Under the pieces are notes generated by a model, which was not told the origin of the DNA, did not search any database, and saw only the letters and a list, made by a program, of their open reading frames with translations. This document shows, piece after piece, positions 37,984 to 47,764 of a stretch of 47,822 nt of DNA. Both the position numbers and the translations under genes were made by a program. Numbering within the stretch: the first letter of the stretch is position 1; every line of letters starts with the position of its first letter. The DNA comes from Planctomycetota bacterium. Its GTDB lineage: Bacteria; Planctomycetota; MHYJ01; JACPRB01. Where the stretch lies: assembly GCA_016190155.1 (NCBI GenBank), contig JACPRB010000064.1, forward strand, positions 1 through 47,822, written 5' to 3'.

Positions 37984-39130
37984 GATATCTACCAGCAATT
38001 CCTAACGATGGCACGTCTGCAACGCGCACAAGAATGGTTCGTGATGTTGGCGTAAGAACACCGTCCGGTCGAACACGAAGGCTAACGAAGCGAACGTGAT
38101 CGCCGACGCCCACGGTCGCGATAGAGCTATGTACGGCCGGGTTCAGCGGGGCGATCTCTGCCCGGCGTGGGCCTTCGCTACCTGCTTGAACATCCACGGT
38201 GATGGCAAGCGCAGCTCCTCCGTGGATTGAGCGTGGCGCCTCAGGAACTGTTCCCTCGACTGCCGCCCCATCCAGATGGCCCGACCAGGCGGGTGACGCC
38301 GCTTGCCAAAATGCCGGGCAGATAAGCTTGTATGGACACCACTTGCAAGCTGCCGGAGAAGGGGCCGCGAACTCTGCCGGCCGAGCCTGTGCGCGGACCT
38401 TCGCGTTGTACGCGTCCAGAAGAGCTATCGCCTCTAGGACCTCCTGCTCACATTCGGCTGGATGGAGGGAGACCTCTACGCCGGTACCAGCGAGCGGGAG
38501 AAGCAGTCCCCGTATGGGCCACGACCCGAGAGCTTCCTTCACGAGATAGCCGTAGATGCGGAGTTGGCGAACGTAGGCACTCTTGACAACCTCCACCTGC
38601 GAATTCTCGTCATACTCAAAGAGTCCGCCGCTTTTGTAGTCCACGACTTCGTCGGCGCGCACAACATCGGGCCTTCCAACGAGCTTGCCGTTGCATGCAA
38701 TGAATTCCTGCTCGCGAATCGTGGCTGAAACGAATGCTCCTGGGCCAGTAGCAGCCACGGGCGCGGCCACAGTGAAGGTAACGAGATCCCCGGCCCGAAG
38801 CCGGACGCTCGCCCGCGCTACATGGTAGCCCGGCCAAGTCACCGGCGATCCGAAGCGGCGATCGAGTGGATGGCGACTGGCCCGCTGGTGTTGTGCTGCG
38901 ATGGCCTGGCTCCAGAGACGCTCGATGGCGTTGTCGAGGGACTCAGTAGCAAGATCAACGCGCGGGATCTTCTCAAGAACCTCGTGGTAGGCGCTTCCAA
39001 GCCAGCCTTTCGGGCTCCCAAGGATGAAAGGGGAGATTCCGGTGGCTCGTGAAAGACCAGCGCGGAGCATGCAAGAGCGCATGACCTCGGCCAGGGTCGG
39101 GCTGGTTGCACGAATCTCGAGCAGCTCCAA
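37958..39130 (-). CDS. Cas4/RecB-family PD-(D/E)xK nuclease with 1+3 Cys (Fe-S-type) cluster and extra C-terminal domain
   Basis: ORF track 37958..39337, numbered here from the track ORF. N-terminal Cys (MRSC, C89). GRPDVV (D224). EVVDYK (E230/D233/K235). QLRIY (Q258..Y262). CKWCPYKLIC (C331, C334, C340), which is the Cas4/AddB-type CX2CX5C. The start is uncertain: TTG 39130 (11 nt after the helicase stop) or ATG 39082. Confidence 0.75.
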   Translation of the reverse strand: MELLEIRATSPTLAEVMRSCMLRAGLSRATGISPFILGSPKGWLGSAYHEVLEKIPRVDLATESLDNAIERLWSQAIAAQHQRASRHPLDRRFGSPVTWPGYHVARASVRLRAGDLVTFTVAAPVAATGPGAFVSATIREQEFIACNGKLVGRPDVVRADEVVDYKSGGLFEYDENSQVEVVKSAYVRQLRIYGYLVKEALGSWPIRGLLLPLAGTGVEVSLHPAECEQEVLEAIALLDAYNAKVRAQARPAEFAAPSPAACKWCPYKLICPAFWQAASPAWSGHLDGAAVEGTVPEAPRSIHGGAALAITVDVQAGSEGPRRAEIAPLNPAVHSSIATVGVGDHVRFVSLRVRPDGVLTPTSRTILVRVADVPSLGIAGRYHEKANDQG

Positions 39131-39141
39131 CTTACCAACGA

Positions 39142-42100
39142 TCAGAACGGCCTCCTCATCACCTCGAAAATTGATTTGAGCGTGACTTGGCAACCGGCTG
39201 CTACTGCTTGGGCATACGCTCCCGCGATCTGAGGTCCGAAGTGGTTCGGGTCGGTGTTCCACAACGGGTGCGTGATGATCTCCACCTGATTCCCGCGGCG
39301 ACCAGCCTGCAGACCCCCATACTGGAGACGCTGCCATCCGGGCATCGCGGCGAAGTAGAAACCGGCGGCGGCCGCGTCAAGTGCCTGCCAGTAGGACACC
39401 GAGAAGTCGACTTGTGCATTCGGGTCCAGCGCTAGTCGAGCCAGATCCAAGCCCAAGCGCCAGTCGAGAATGTTGTGGTACACGAGATTGCTGAAGTCGC
39501 GGAGACAGTCAGGACACGACGTCTGGCAGATGCCGACATGGGCCCCGGCGATGAGGGGTCCGTAAAAAGTGTTGCTTGTCTGACCGACGACGAAGCGCAG
39601 GAGACTCTCGGCCTCGGTCGGAGTCCCGAAATAGGAACTATATCCGGCACCATTCTCCAGACTGTCGGAAATGAAAATCTGACCGACGACTTGCCCATTG
39701 GCGTCCTGCATCACGCGTAGACCGACTTTGAGCTCTCGCTCATGAATGTCCAGACGCACGGCCGCCGCTCTCCGCAGCAGAAAACCCAGAGAGTATAGCG
39801 CGGCTCGGCCTTCAACTCGAAGCGGTACGGCATTGACGCCCACCGGCCAGGTCTGGATTCCAAGAACGAGGACGTCCGTTGGCTTGACTGAGGCGAGAGC
39901 GCGACGGTCAACCGCATTTCCGGGAGCGAGTGGAGGATTGTTGATGCCTATCTTTGTGAGCGCCTCCTGCGTGACCCAAGTCTCGCCCTGGGCGAGCTTC
40001 TCGAAATCGAATTGCCGCCCCTCGTTGTCGTTAATGACGTAGACAGTGTCTTGGCCGCTCCAGATCTCGAAGTTTGCGACGGGTGTCATTGCGATAGGTG
40101 TGACCCCGACTTTTGGGCGCGACGCACGTGCGGTCCACTCGAAGACCCCATCGAAGTCGCGACTCCCCCCAAACCACGTGCGGAACCCTCTGGGCTGCGA
40201 GAGGCGAATCAAGTCGTAGTCGGGGGCAGCCCCACCGCAAACGGGACACGTAGGCGCCGGGTTCTGCGAGCCATCGACCGCTTGGCACCGCCGACACAAT
40301 CCAATGACCAGAGGCGGTCCGAGGGGATTCGGCGCTTGGATGACCGTATTCCCTTGCGGCTGATAGTCGACCACGCCGACCGAAGTATGAATCAGCCCAT
40401 CCTTTACTGTTTCTGAACACGGAGCGAATTGGCTGATTGCGATGTCGAGTTCTCGATCTACGACGCCGTCCGGGGGCCACTCGTACGCCGGGCCTGGCCG
40501 TTCGTGGAATAGAAAACGAACGCGCGTCGGAAAGCCGAACATCGGCAAGATTCCCACATTCGCGAGCCTCTCGCTCAATGACCTCTGTGGAAGCCTCGGA
40601 TCATTCGCCGCATCCGTTACCCGCGAAACGAGCTGGTTCTGGACATAGTTGATGAGTGCGGCTCGCTGTGCATTCAGCTGCTGGCTTGTATGGGAAAGGA
40701 GTACATCGCACGATCGAGCAACAGCAGCAGGGTTATTCTGAATCCATCCATCAACGAGTTGGGCAACTGTCAATCCGGGTGGCGTGCCGGGAGGAGGCTG
40801 GGAAGGCGGTGCGCCCCAGTCTATCGCATCGCCAAACTCGCCGTGGACGTTGTCGCCTCCTTGGGCCACGAATAAGCCGAGTGCGACGAACGCTTGGCGC
40901 AGAACCTCCTTGGCCAGTACGCGCTGGAGGATCGCTTCGCGGCGCATATCGACGTAGGGTTGTGGTGGTGGATCAGAAGTGATCCGATCCGGGCGCTGGA
41001 AGTAGTAGTCATCATGGCTGCGGCCCCGGCATAGGGTCAGCGCGACTGAAAGGCCGGCTCCTCGCCGGCCCGCGCGGCCCACGCGCTGCTGGTAGTTGAA
41101 TCGCATTGGCGGCATGTTAGCCATCATCACCGCGAGCAGTGATCCGATGTCGACACCAGCCTCCATCGTTGTTGTCACGCTGAGGAGGTCGACCGCGTCG
41201 GTGATCATGATCTCGTCAGGCGGCGGCAGGCAGATATCCTGGAAGAGCCGCTGGCGCTTCCTCCCATCGCTCTTGTTCGTCTGCCCCGTGAGCTCCTCAC
41301 AGTTCAGGCGAAAAAGCGAACCCGCCTGGGTAGCGAGGTAGCTGTAGTAATCGGGCGTGAGCTGTGCCGCCGCCACGGGCTGAGGTGGCCCAATGGGAAC
41401 TTGGCATTCCGTGCAGACACCGCCGGACGGATGAAGGTGGACGCGACGGCACTGCCCGCACTCATAGTAGGATGGCCCGGGGCGCATGAGGCAGAGGTTC
41501 TGGACCACTAGGACGTGCTGGGTGAGAGCTACCGCCCCCTGAAGGTAGTTCAGGACGTCCGCAGCGAATGCGGGTGGTACAAGGCCGTGCTGCTGGGCTA
41601 CCGCCGAGAGATACTGCGCTATATAACCTGGTGGATTTGGCTGGCTGGCGGCACCATGGGTCGAAAGCCGCCGCCTTGCACCAAGCAGCCGCATGACGCC
41701 GTCGGCAGCCTCTTGAACGAGTGGACTCGGTGCTGGTATTCCGATTCGGTCCGTCGTTGCGTACGCTATCCGAAGTGACTCAAGGCTGCGCCGCCCAGAG
41801 GCAAAAACGACGTCCATTACTTCGATCAACGACTGGTTTTGAATTCGCAAGAGGTGGTTCTGTTGCGGCTGTGTAAGCTGTGCCGGACCCTTCGCCTGCG
41901 GCGTAGATCCAGGCGATCCCCAGACATACAGGTCACGCCAGCTCCCACTCTTGTTCTGTGGATCTGTCCAGAGCACGTCTTGGATGAAGCCTCCCGGATT
42001 CATTCCGTTGGCGAGGAGGTGTGCCGATGCATCGGCCGCGATCTGGGCAACGTGGAAGGGGCCTTGCGCTGCTCGCGCCATGATGCGCTGGGCTGCCTGC

Positions 42101-44679
42101 TGGCAGTTCAGCCCGGGGTGCGAAGGAGATTGCAGTTGGGCGCTGGCCAGATTCCCAGCCATGGACAACGTAGCCGCTTCTGCCGCATGTGTGCTGCTGA
42201 ATGCAGCCGCGAGAGCCTGTTGCTCTGCTGGCAGCGGCTGCCCTGCGATCTGCGCCGCAAACGCTTGGGCACCCGCGCCCTGCACCGTGATGGCGTAAGT
42301 GATCGCTTGGCGAAGTGCGTCGCGGTAGTGAGAGAAGCGCATGCCCGCCGATAACTTGGCAGCATCCTGCCGACTGTCTGAGAAGACCACAAGTTTGCGC
42401 GACTGAGTAGCTCCCGTACCCACAACTTTGCGGAGAAGTGAATCCGATAGGATTTGGGCGATCTTCTGAAAGCCGGTCCGCAGTGTACGAACGGGAGACC
42501 CAATTTGGCGGCGCGACCAATCCGCATCGCAGCGCGGGCATTTCGCGGGATATGCCTGCCTCGCACTCTCGCCCGCTGGCGGATTCGGGCCATGCATCGA
42601 AGGTACAAAGTAGAGGTAGCCAGGACCTCCGAGCGCTACCCTACCGTCAGCGGGCGTGAACTGGGCGGCCCTCCAGAACCGCTGTACACCATCCTGCGTC
42701 CATTGTGGCGACGCAGGGGTCATTCCTGGACTGGCTGGCCAATAGACAGCATAGCGCGCATAATCGCGATCGAAAGATGCCACGTCTGGCGATGCTTCGA
42801 GATCCGGGTGGTCGGGACTCAGATACCACTCGTTGGGATTCAGGCCAGTGTTGCGCCGGTATCCGCCGAAGAAGATTTCACCGCACGCTTCGCAATAGAG
42901 GAGCTCAAGGACGCGGGAGCCGCAGCCGCAGGTCAGGGTCGGTACGTAGTGAAGGGTGCCCGCAGGACATGCGCCGTTCCGCGGCGGCGCGTGCGAGCAG
43001 CCTGAATTGGTGCAGGCCCAGAGGCCTTGGAGGTTGCGGTAGAAGATGTGCGCGCGCACTGGTAGAGGTGATGTACCATTTGCCCCACGCGCTGCTGAAA
43101 GGCCAGCAAGTAGCCCTTCGAGCGCCTCGATGCCGTCTGCTGGTGCCAGCGCAGGGAACATCGATGCTGCTATCTGCTCGGGAAACCGAGGCTGCAGTTG
43201 GGGGGCGTGTGCAGGTCCGGTGGAACACGCCAATCTTAGCGCTTCTGCCGATGCGATATATCCAAGTGCGGATTCGAGAATTTCCTCGGGGCTGGCGCCC
43301 TGTCCCACTGTGGGGCCTCCAACCGCTGCGCGGAACGCGCTCGCGGCTGGTACTGTGGGAGAAGGCGCCGCGCGAAGATCTTGGCGGAGTTGGCGTAGCG
43401 CGCCCGCGTTTGCACGGACGGCAGCGAACGCGCTTGGGTTGATTGCCTGTGGCATCCCTCCCACAACACGGAACCGATTTCGATCGCGCCCGAAGAACGC
43501 CTCCAGGTACTGGAGACCCTCCGCGCCGCTAGCCACCGACGCGCTGGACGCAATGATACGAAGCTGGTCGGAGTCGGGAGCCAGACCGAGGCGATCGAGC
43601 AGAACCCGGATGAGGTACGCGACCTCAGTTCCAGGCGTTCCTCGATATGTGTGCAGCTCGTCGACGACCAGATGAAATAGGTGGGAGGGGTCCGCCTGGA
43701 GCCACTGTCGCGTCTGGTCAAAGATTGCTGTCTCGACACCGCGCATCAGCATTATGTTAAGCATCGAGTAGTTGGTGATGAGGATGTCCGGCGGGTGATC
43801 TTGCATGTCCCACCGCGACCAGATTTCTCCGCCGTCCATGCTGGGGAAGAAGAAGCGTGTCGCAGGTGGTGATCCGGCGACAAGCTGCGCGTCGCGTTCG
43901 ATACTGGCAAGTTCAGCCCGTAACCTGGTTGTCGCCGCTGCCGTTCTATTCCCCGATACGGGAGTACGCCCAGTGTAGCGCCCGAAATAGAATCGATTTC
44001 CGGATCGCTGGGATTGCAACCACGCACGCGCTTGGGTTCCGTCGAGGCCGCTACGAAGGCGAGCGAGCTGATCCTCGACGAGCGCGTTAAGCGGATAAAG
44101 GATTAGTGCGCGAACAGCCGGAGGTCGCACTGTTGGGTTCTCGTGGGTGCGCTGCGGAATCCGCGGTGTCCAGCGCCTCCGGCTCCCCTGCATCGACCAG
44201 TGATTCCACCAGTCCCATTGTGCCGGCCGGGGACCGGGCGGTCCCCACCCTAGCGATTCGCGAATCAGCGACGCGGCGATTGGCAGCAAGAAGCACTCCG
44301 TCTTTCCCGAACCCGTGCCCGTCGTGACAACGACATCGTGACCACCGGCGGTGGACTCTGCGAAGACTTCCCGTTGGTGTGTGTAGAGCTCGCGTGTGGG
44401 TGGGAACAGCCCCTGCGACACAAAAGTGACCAAGTCTGTGAGTGCAGCAGGTGTCCAAGACGATCCCAGTAGGGACTGGGCTACCTGCTGGAAGGTCTGC
44501 CCACAGGCCTGGTAGGCGGGTACTGGCTCAATCAGCGGACGCCGGTAGAGCCGGCCATCGGTATCGAGCAACTGACGCCGTTCTGCGACGAGGTCGGGAT
44601 ACCGGAGGTCAAACGGGCTGTCAAGGTACCGCAGGTAGGTGTCGCGAAGATCTTCGAAGATCGCAAGGGGATTGCTCAT
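39142..44679 (-). CDS. Giant SF2 DExH-box helicase fused to a DUF1998-like zinc-binding C-terminal module (DruE-like / DrmA+DrmB-like)
   Basis: 1845 aa.
- ATG 44679 forms an ATGA overlap with the upstream gene stop.
- Q-motif and Walker A: LYTHQREVF...[12 protein letters not shown] (K126).
- DELH at aa 340-343, and IIASSAS.
- Motif IV-like [13 protein letters not shown] (aa 763-775).
- Motifs V and VI: [11 protein letters not shown] and [11 protein letters not shown] (aa 1197-1207).
- C-terminal region with CRRC...CPVC (aa 1462-1481), [11 protein letters not shown] and CQTSCPDC (aa 1718-1725), as in MrfA/DrmB-type DUF1998 domains. Confidence 0.85.
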   Translation of the reverse strand: MSNPLAIFEDLRDTYLRYLDSPFDLRYPDLVAERRQLLDTDGRLYRRPLIEPVPAYQACGQTFQQVAQSLLGSSWTPAALTDLVTFVSQGLFPPTRELYTHQREVFAESTAGGHDVVVTTGTGSGKTECFLLPIAASLIRESLGWGPPGPRPAQWDWWNHWSMQGSRRRWTPRIPQRTHENPTVRPPAVRALILYPLNALVEDQLARLRSGLDGTQARAWLQSQRSGNRFYFGRYTGRTPVSGNRTAAATTRLRAELASIERDAQLVAGSPPATRFFFPSMDGGEIWSRWDMQDHPPDILITNYSMLNIMLMRGVETAIFDQTRQWLQADPSHLFHLVVDELHTYRGTPGTEVAYLIRVLLDRLGLAPDSDQLRIIASSASVASGAEGLQYLEAFFGRDRNRFRVVGGMPQAINPSAFAAVRANAGALRQLRQDLRAAPSPTVPAASAFRAAVGGPTVGQGASPEEILESALGYIASAEALRLACSTGPAHAPQLQPRFPEQIAASMFPALAPADGIEALEGLLAGLSAARGANGTSPLPVRAHIFYRNLQGLWACTNSGCSHAPPRNGACPAGTLHYVPTLTCGCGSRVLELLYCEACGEIFFGGYRRNTGLNPNEWYLSPDHPDLEASPDVASFDRDYARYAVYWPASPGMTPASPQWTQDGVQRFWRAAQFTPADGRVALGGPGYLYFVPSMHGPNPPAGESARQAYPAKCPRCDADWSRRQIGSPVRTLRTGFQKIAQILSDSLLRKVVGTGATQSRKLVVFSDSRQDAAKLSAGMRFSHYRDALRQAITYAITVQGAGAQAFAAQIAGQPLPAEQQALAAAFSSTHAAEAATLSMAGNLASAQLQSPSHPGLNCQQAAQRIMARAAQGPFHVAQIAADASAHLLANGMNPGGFIQDVLWTDPQNKSGSWRDLYVWGSPGSTPQAKGPAQLTQPQQNHLLRIQNQSLIEVMDVVFASGRRSLESLRIAYATTDRIGIPAPSPLVQEAADGVMRLLGARRRLSTHGAASQPNPPGYIAQYLSAVAQQHGLVPPAFAADVLNYLQGAVALTQHVLVVQNLCLMRPGPSYYECGQCRRVHLHPSGGVCTECQVPIGPPQPVAAAQLTPDYYSYLATQAGSLFRLNCEELTGQTNKSDGRKRQRLFQDICLPPPDEIMITDAVDLLSVTTTMEAGVDIGSLLAVMMANMPPMRFNYQQRVGRAGRRGAGLSVALTLCRGRSHDDYYFQRPDRITSDPPPQPYVDMRREAILQRVLAKEVLRQAFVALGLFVAQGGDNVHGEFGDAIDWGAPPSQPPPGTPPGLTVAQLVDGWIQNNPAAVARSCDVLLSHTSQQLNAQRAALINYVQNQLVSRVTDAANDPRLPQRSLSERLANVGILPMFGFPTRVRFLFHERPGPAYEWPPDGVVDRELDIAISQFAPCSETVKDGLIHTSVGVVDYQPQGNTVIQAPNPLGPPLVIGLCRRCQAVDGSQNPAPTCPVCGGAAPDYDLIRLSQPRGFRTWFGGSRDFDGVFEWTARASRPKVGVTPIAMTPVANFEIWSGQDTVYVINDNEGRQFDFEKLAQGETWVTQEALTKIGINNPPLAPGNAVDRRALASVKPTDVLVLGIQTWPVGVNAVPLRVEGRAALYSLGFLLRRAAAVRLDIHERELKVGLRVMQDANGQVVGQIFISDSLENGAGYSSYFGTPTEAESLLRFVVGQTSNTFYGPLIAGAHVGICQTSCPDCLRDFSNLVYHNILDWRLGLDLARLALDPNAQVDFSVSYWQALDAAAAGFYFAAMPGWQRLQYGGLQAGRRGNQVEIITHPLWNTDPNHFGPQIAGAYAQAVAAGCQVTLKSIFEVMRRPF

Positions 44680-45632
44680 CGGAGCTCCTGTCGAAGCAGC
44701 GCGGACGCGAGGCCGGCGATTGCCTGTGGGATCTCAGCGTAGTGAAGGATGCCCGTTTGTGCGACACCTGCTTCATAGGACGGCGGTGACCCCGAGCACA
44801 GAATCAGGGCCCGCTCCACTAGGAATGGCGGCCGACAACTTGAGGGAACAGTGAGGCGGCGATTGATGGCATCGTACCGAAGTACCCGGCGGCGGCACCG
44901 CCTGAGCACGAGATACTTGCCTACCTGGCCAGGTACCTGGAATGCATTGCCCTTCGAGCAGAGCAAAACCTGGCGCTGGTGCCGGAGCGAAAAGCGGAAG
45001 AGACCTCCAGAAGGGGAAAGGGCTTCCTCGCGCGTCGCGGCCTTCCAACCGAGGTCAGAGGTTGAAAAGTGCTCAATTCTCCAGTCGGTGCCGAACGGTA
45101 AAGGGGTCTGCCGGCGCACCGCCGAATCGTCGATCGGCGGGAGGGTCGTCAAGATTGCAGCCGGCGCGTCATGCTGCAGGACGAGGCCGACGCGCTCAGC
45201 AAGAGCGGCGAGCGAGTGAGCATCCCTGGCCACGATACGAATCTGGTCCGGGCAGGATGGAAACGGCAACGTCTCCAGTTCTTCCGTTACGGGTGCCTCG
45301 TGAAGCCGCCGCAGCAACTTGTCCGATCGCGCGCCTGCAAGTATCCCGAGCCATCCACGAGCATGCTGCGTCACAGCCAGGCTCGGAGGTGTCACGCGCC
45401 AATCGCTGCCCCGAGCTCCGGCGAAGAACTCCGCGTGCCCGAGGCGCTGTAGGTTGAGACGCAGTGCCTGGTAGAGCGGAAGAGCGTATTGGTCGGTGGT
45501 GCTATCCTCTTCGGTTTCGTCTTGCTCGCCATCGTTGTCGCCCAAGTGGAGCTCTTCAACGGCGACGCGGAACTGCTGCCATGATCCCTCGCGCCGCGCT
45601 GACATCCAGAGCAGGAGCGAATTGGCGCTCAT
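44676..45632 (-). CDS. Hypothetical protein (318 aa), no recognisable domain, translationally coupled on both sides
   Basis: ORF track 44676..45680. ATG 45632 ([21 protein letters not shown]) forms an ATGA overlap with the upstream stop. Its own stop forms an ATGA overlap with the helicase start. Confidence 0.7.
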   Translation of the reverse strand: MSANSLLLWMSARREGSWQQFRVAVEELHLGDNDGEQDETEEDSTTDQYALPLYQALRLNLQRLGHAEFFAGARGSDWRVTPPSLAVTQHARGWLGILAGARSDKLLRRLHEAPVTEELETLPFPSCPDQIRIVARDAHSLAALAERVGLVLQHDAPAAILTTLPPIDDSAVRRQTPLPFGTDWRIEHFSTSDLGWKAATREEALSPSGGLFRFSLRHQRQVLLCSKGNAFQVPGQVGKYLVLRRCRRRVLRYDAINRRLTVPSSCRPPFLVERALILCSGSPPSYEAGVAQTGILHYAEIPQAIAGLASALLRQELR

Positions 45633-47764
45633 CGGGGACTTCTCCGGATGGTTCTCGCTTGTCGCTTGTATTCCCGCCACAGCGAGAGCGTGTCAGGGTC
45701 CCCGGGATCGAGTTGAAGTCCTTTTCGACCCGCGTCCAGAATCGCTGCGCACCATGATGAGAGCAGCCTCGACTGCCCCCTGTTCGTCGGGCGCGCGGGT
45801 GACTGAACCGGTAGAAGACCACCGATTCGGAGGACGCGAGCAGTCCGCTTGTCGCATCTGAGGGAATCAACGGGTATCGCCCAGACAGGCTCAAACCACG
45901 GGAACCCTATGCATGTGCGAGTGAGAAGTTCGGTACGAACATCGCATGTGTGGAGCTGCCCTGGCACCGCACCAACAAGGACACAGTTGGAAGCGGGCGC
46001 AACGAAGGGTCGGCTGTCCTTGTGCGCCGTCATGGGAGGGCGAACAACGACGCCGCAGATGGCAGGCCGGGACGTGCCCCCCAAGATGAATTCCCCCATG
46101 GACCAAGTGTACGCGTCCCACGGCTCCCAGGCTTCGGCACCCTCTCGAATCCAGTAAGTCTTGGAGGCGCTCAGGCACCAGATGCTGTGCTTGCCTGGGG
46201 TGTCCCATCCAGGCGCCGCGTACGTTCCGGCAGCGGTCAGCACGGACGACTGTCCATCGATGAGGATGTTGCCCGCAGCGGCCGCGTCGCCGCGCAGGCG
46301 AATTCGCGGAGGATACCCCGCCAGCCAGGTTGCGCGTTCGAGGCGTATGCCGCCCTCCAGGACAAGTTCGACGTTCGCAAGCGGCCTAAGGGCATCGAGA
46401 ATGTCGCCGGTCGGGCTGGGAGGAATCGGCGTTCGTGGAATGACTCCTTTCAACCCGAGCCATCCCTCCGGGATTCCAGCGGCTTGGTCCAGCACTGTCG
46501 GATGGGGACTGCCAGTTGTCGCGATGGCCTCCTTTACCTCAGGAAGGCGGTTCGCAGTACAGAGAACGACATGCTCCTCCCCAAGAAGGAGTCGCGGGAG
46601 GGTGACAAAACCGCTGAGATCGCCGTGACGGCAAAGGACGAAGACCTCGCGCCCGCTCAAAGACCATCGCACGCTCCCCCCATCATCGAGCGTGCCTCCC
46701 CATTCCACTCCGTTCCGCAGCAGAGAGCCGATCGCGGGGAGTGCAACGTCCTGATACCACTCCTCCTGCAGTGCGATGAGCTCGGGTGGACTACCTGATC
46801 CCGAGACAGCGAACTGATTCGGTAGCGCGGCACTCCGGTGGGGCAGCAAGGAAACTCTGCAGAAGCCTCCTTTCTCGAGGGCGAGGCGAACTTCGATTCG
46901 AAGAGCGCGCTCCCGTTCCGTGGGCTCTCCGGTAGTCACGCCGGTCGTGTTAGGTTTGGTCGGAATGGTTGGCGTTCGAGCGATCGGCCGGTACTGTCGG
47001 GGAGTCATGGGGCGCTTTGTCGGAACTTTCTTCCGCTTCTCGACAGCCGGCGACTCAAGCTCAGGATCGGCGGTTGTTTCCTGCTCTGCTTCCAGTGGTG
47101 CCGGAGGAAGAATGCCCTCGACCTCGGTTTCGCGCTCGCTTTCGGTCTCGACGTCAAGATCGTCGGAAGGCAAGTCCTCAACCGACGGATCAGGCGAGCT
47201 CACTATTGGTGTTGATGACGTTTCGGAGGGCGCAGTGCGTGGAGGAGCCTCTGGGAGAGCAACAACCGCTGCCTCGGTCACGGACACCTCGCCACCAGAC
47301 TTTGTGGCGTCCGCCGCTTCATTCAGAGCCTCCTCGATGTTCTGCGTTGATTTGACGGGCGCATCCTGCGGTGCAACCAAGGTCGGCGCGGGAGCTTCGT
47401 TAATTTCGACGTCGCTTGTCCTTCTCTCCAAGTTAGGCGCACCCTCATGAGCCGTACCCGACACCGATTCGAGGTCTTTACGAGTGGGACAACTTTCGCT
47501 CTGTTCGGCGGCATCCTCGGCTCCGGCAATTCCCGCAGATGTAGGTGGTTGGTTATTCTCTGCCGAAGTAGCATCAATTTCTGGAAGCTCTGGCGGCGTC
47601 GCCAACGGAGGTTCAGACGGCAGTATCTGTGCAGGGGCGTCGCCGGCGACAGCGTGGTGTTCCACCGCTTCGCTATATGGTTCAGCCGCACCTTTCCTGT
47701 CCGCCTCACCGACTTCCACTTTGAGCGTCGGCTCGCCAGTCTTAACGCCCTCGCTCGCTTGCAA
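45629..47764 (-). CDS. Hypothetical protein (up to 711 aa): acidic Pro/Ala/Glu/Ser/Thr-rich low-complexity N-terminal ~270 aa plus ~430-aa globular C-terminal region of unknown fold
   Basis: The reading frame is open from TTG 47764. The first in-frame ATG is at 47008 (aa 253, RPMTPRQ). The low-complexity part still shows codon-like G-first periodicity (GAG/GCG/GAA...). The C-terminal part is Trp/Cys-containing and ordered-looking. The start is uncertain. Confidence 0.6.
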   Translation of the reverse strand: MQASEGVKTGEPTLKVEVGEADRKGAAEPYSEAVEHHAVAGDAPAQILPSEPPLATPPELPEIDATSAENNQPPTSAGIAGAEDAAEQSESCPTRKDLESVSGTAHEGAPNLERRTSDVEINEAPAPTLVAPQDAPVKSTQNIEEALNEAADATKSGGEVSVTEAAVVALPEAPPRTAPSETSSTPIVSSPDPSVEDLPSDDLDVETESERETEVEGILPPAPLEAEQETTADPELESPAVEKRKKVPTKRPMTPRQYRPIARTPTIPTKPNTTGVTTGEPTERERALRIEVRLALEKGGFCRVSLLPHRSAALPNQFAVSGSGSPPELIALQEEWYQDVALPAIGSLLRNGVEWGGTLDDGGSVRWSLSGREVFVLCRHGDLSGFVTLPRLLLGEEHVVLCTANRLPEVKEAIATTGSPHPTVLDQAAGIPEGWLGLKGVIPRTPIPPSPTGDILDALRPLANVELVLEGGIRLERATWLAGYPPRIRLRGDAAAAGNILIDGQSSVLTAAGTYAAPGWDTPGKHSIWCLSASKTYWIREGAEAWEPWDAYTWSMGEFILGGTSRPAICGVVVRPPMTAHKDSRPFVAPASNCVLVGAVPGQLHTCDVRTELLTRTCIGFPWFEPVWAIPVDSLRCDKRTARVLRIGGLLPVQSPARPTNRGQSRLLSSWCAAILDAGRKGLQLDPGDPDTLSLWREYKRQARTIRRSPR

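Noticed and set aside
37958-39337. Treating the Cas4-like gene as evidence of a CRISPR-Cas adaptation module.
   Set aside because: There is no cas1, cas2, effector gene or repeat array anywhere in the window. Its position right after the DUF1998 helicase argues for a non-CRISPR role.
46838-47450. Plus-strand ORFs antisense to the low-complexity 5' part of the 711-aa gene (46838..47215, 46920..47450, 46969..47355).
   Set aside because: These are Ser/Gly/Ala/Arg-rich mirror frames of the acidic Glu/Ala/Pro-rich region. They have no start context and would run head-on into the coupled minus-strand operon. The minus-strand frame shows better codon-like periodicity.
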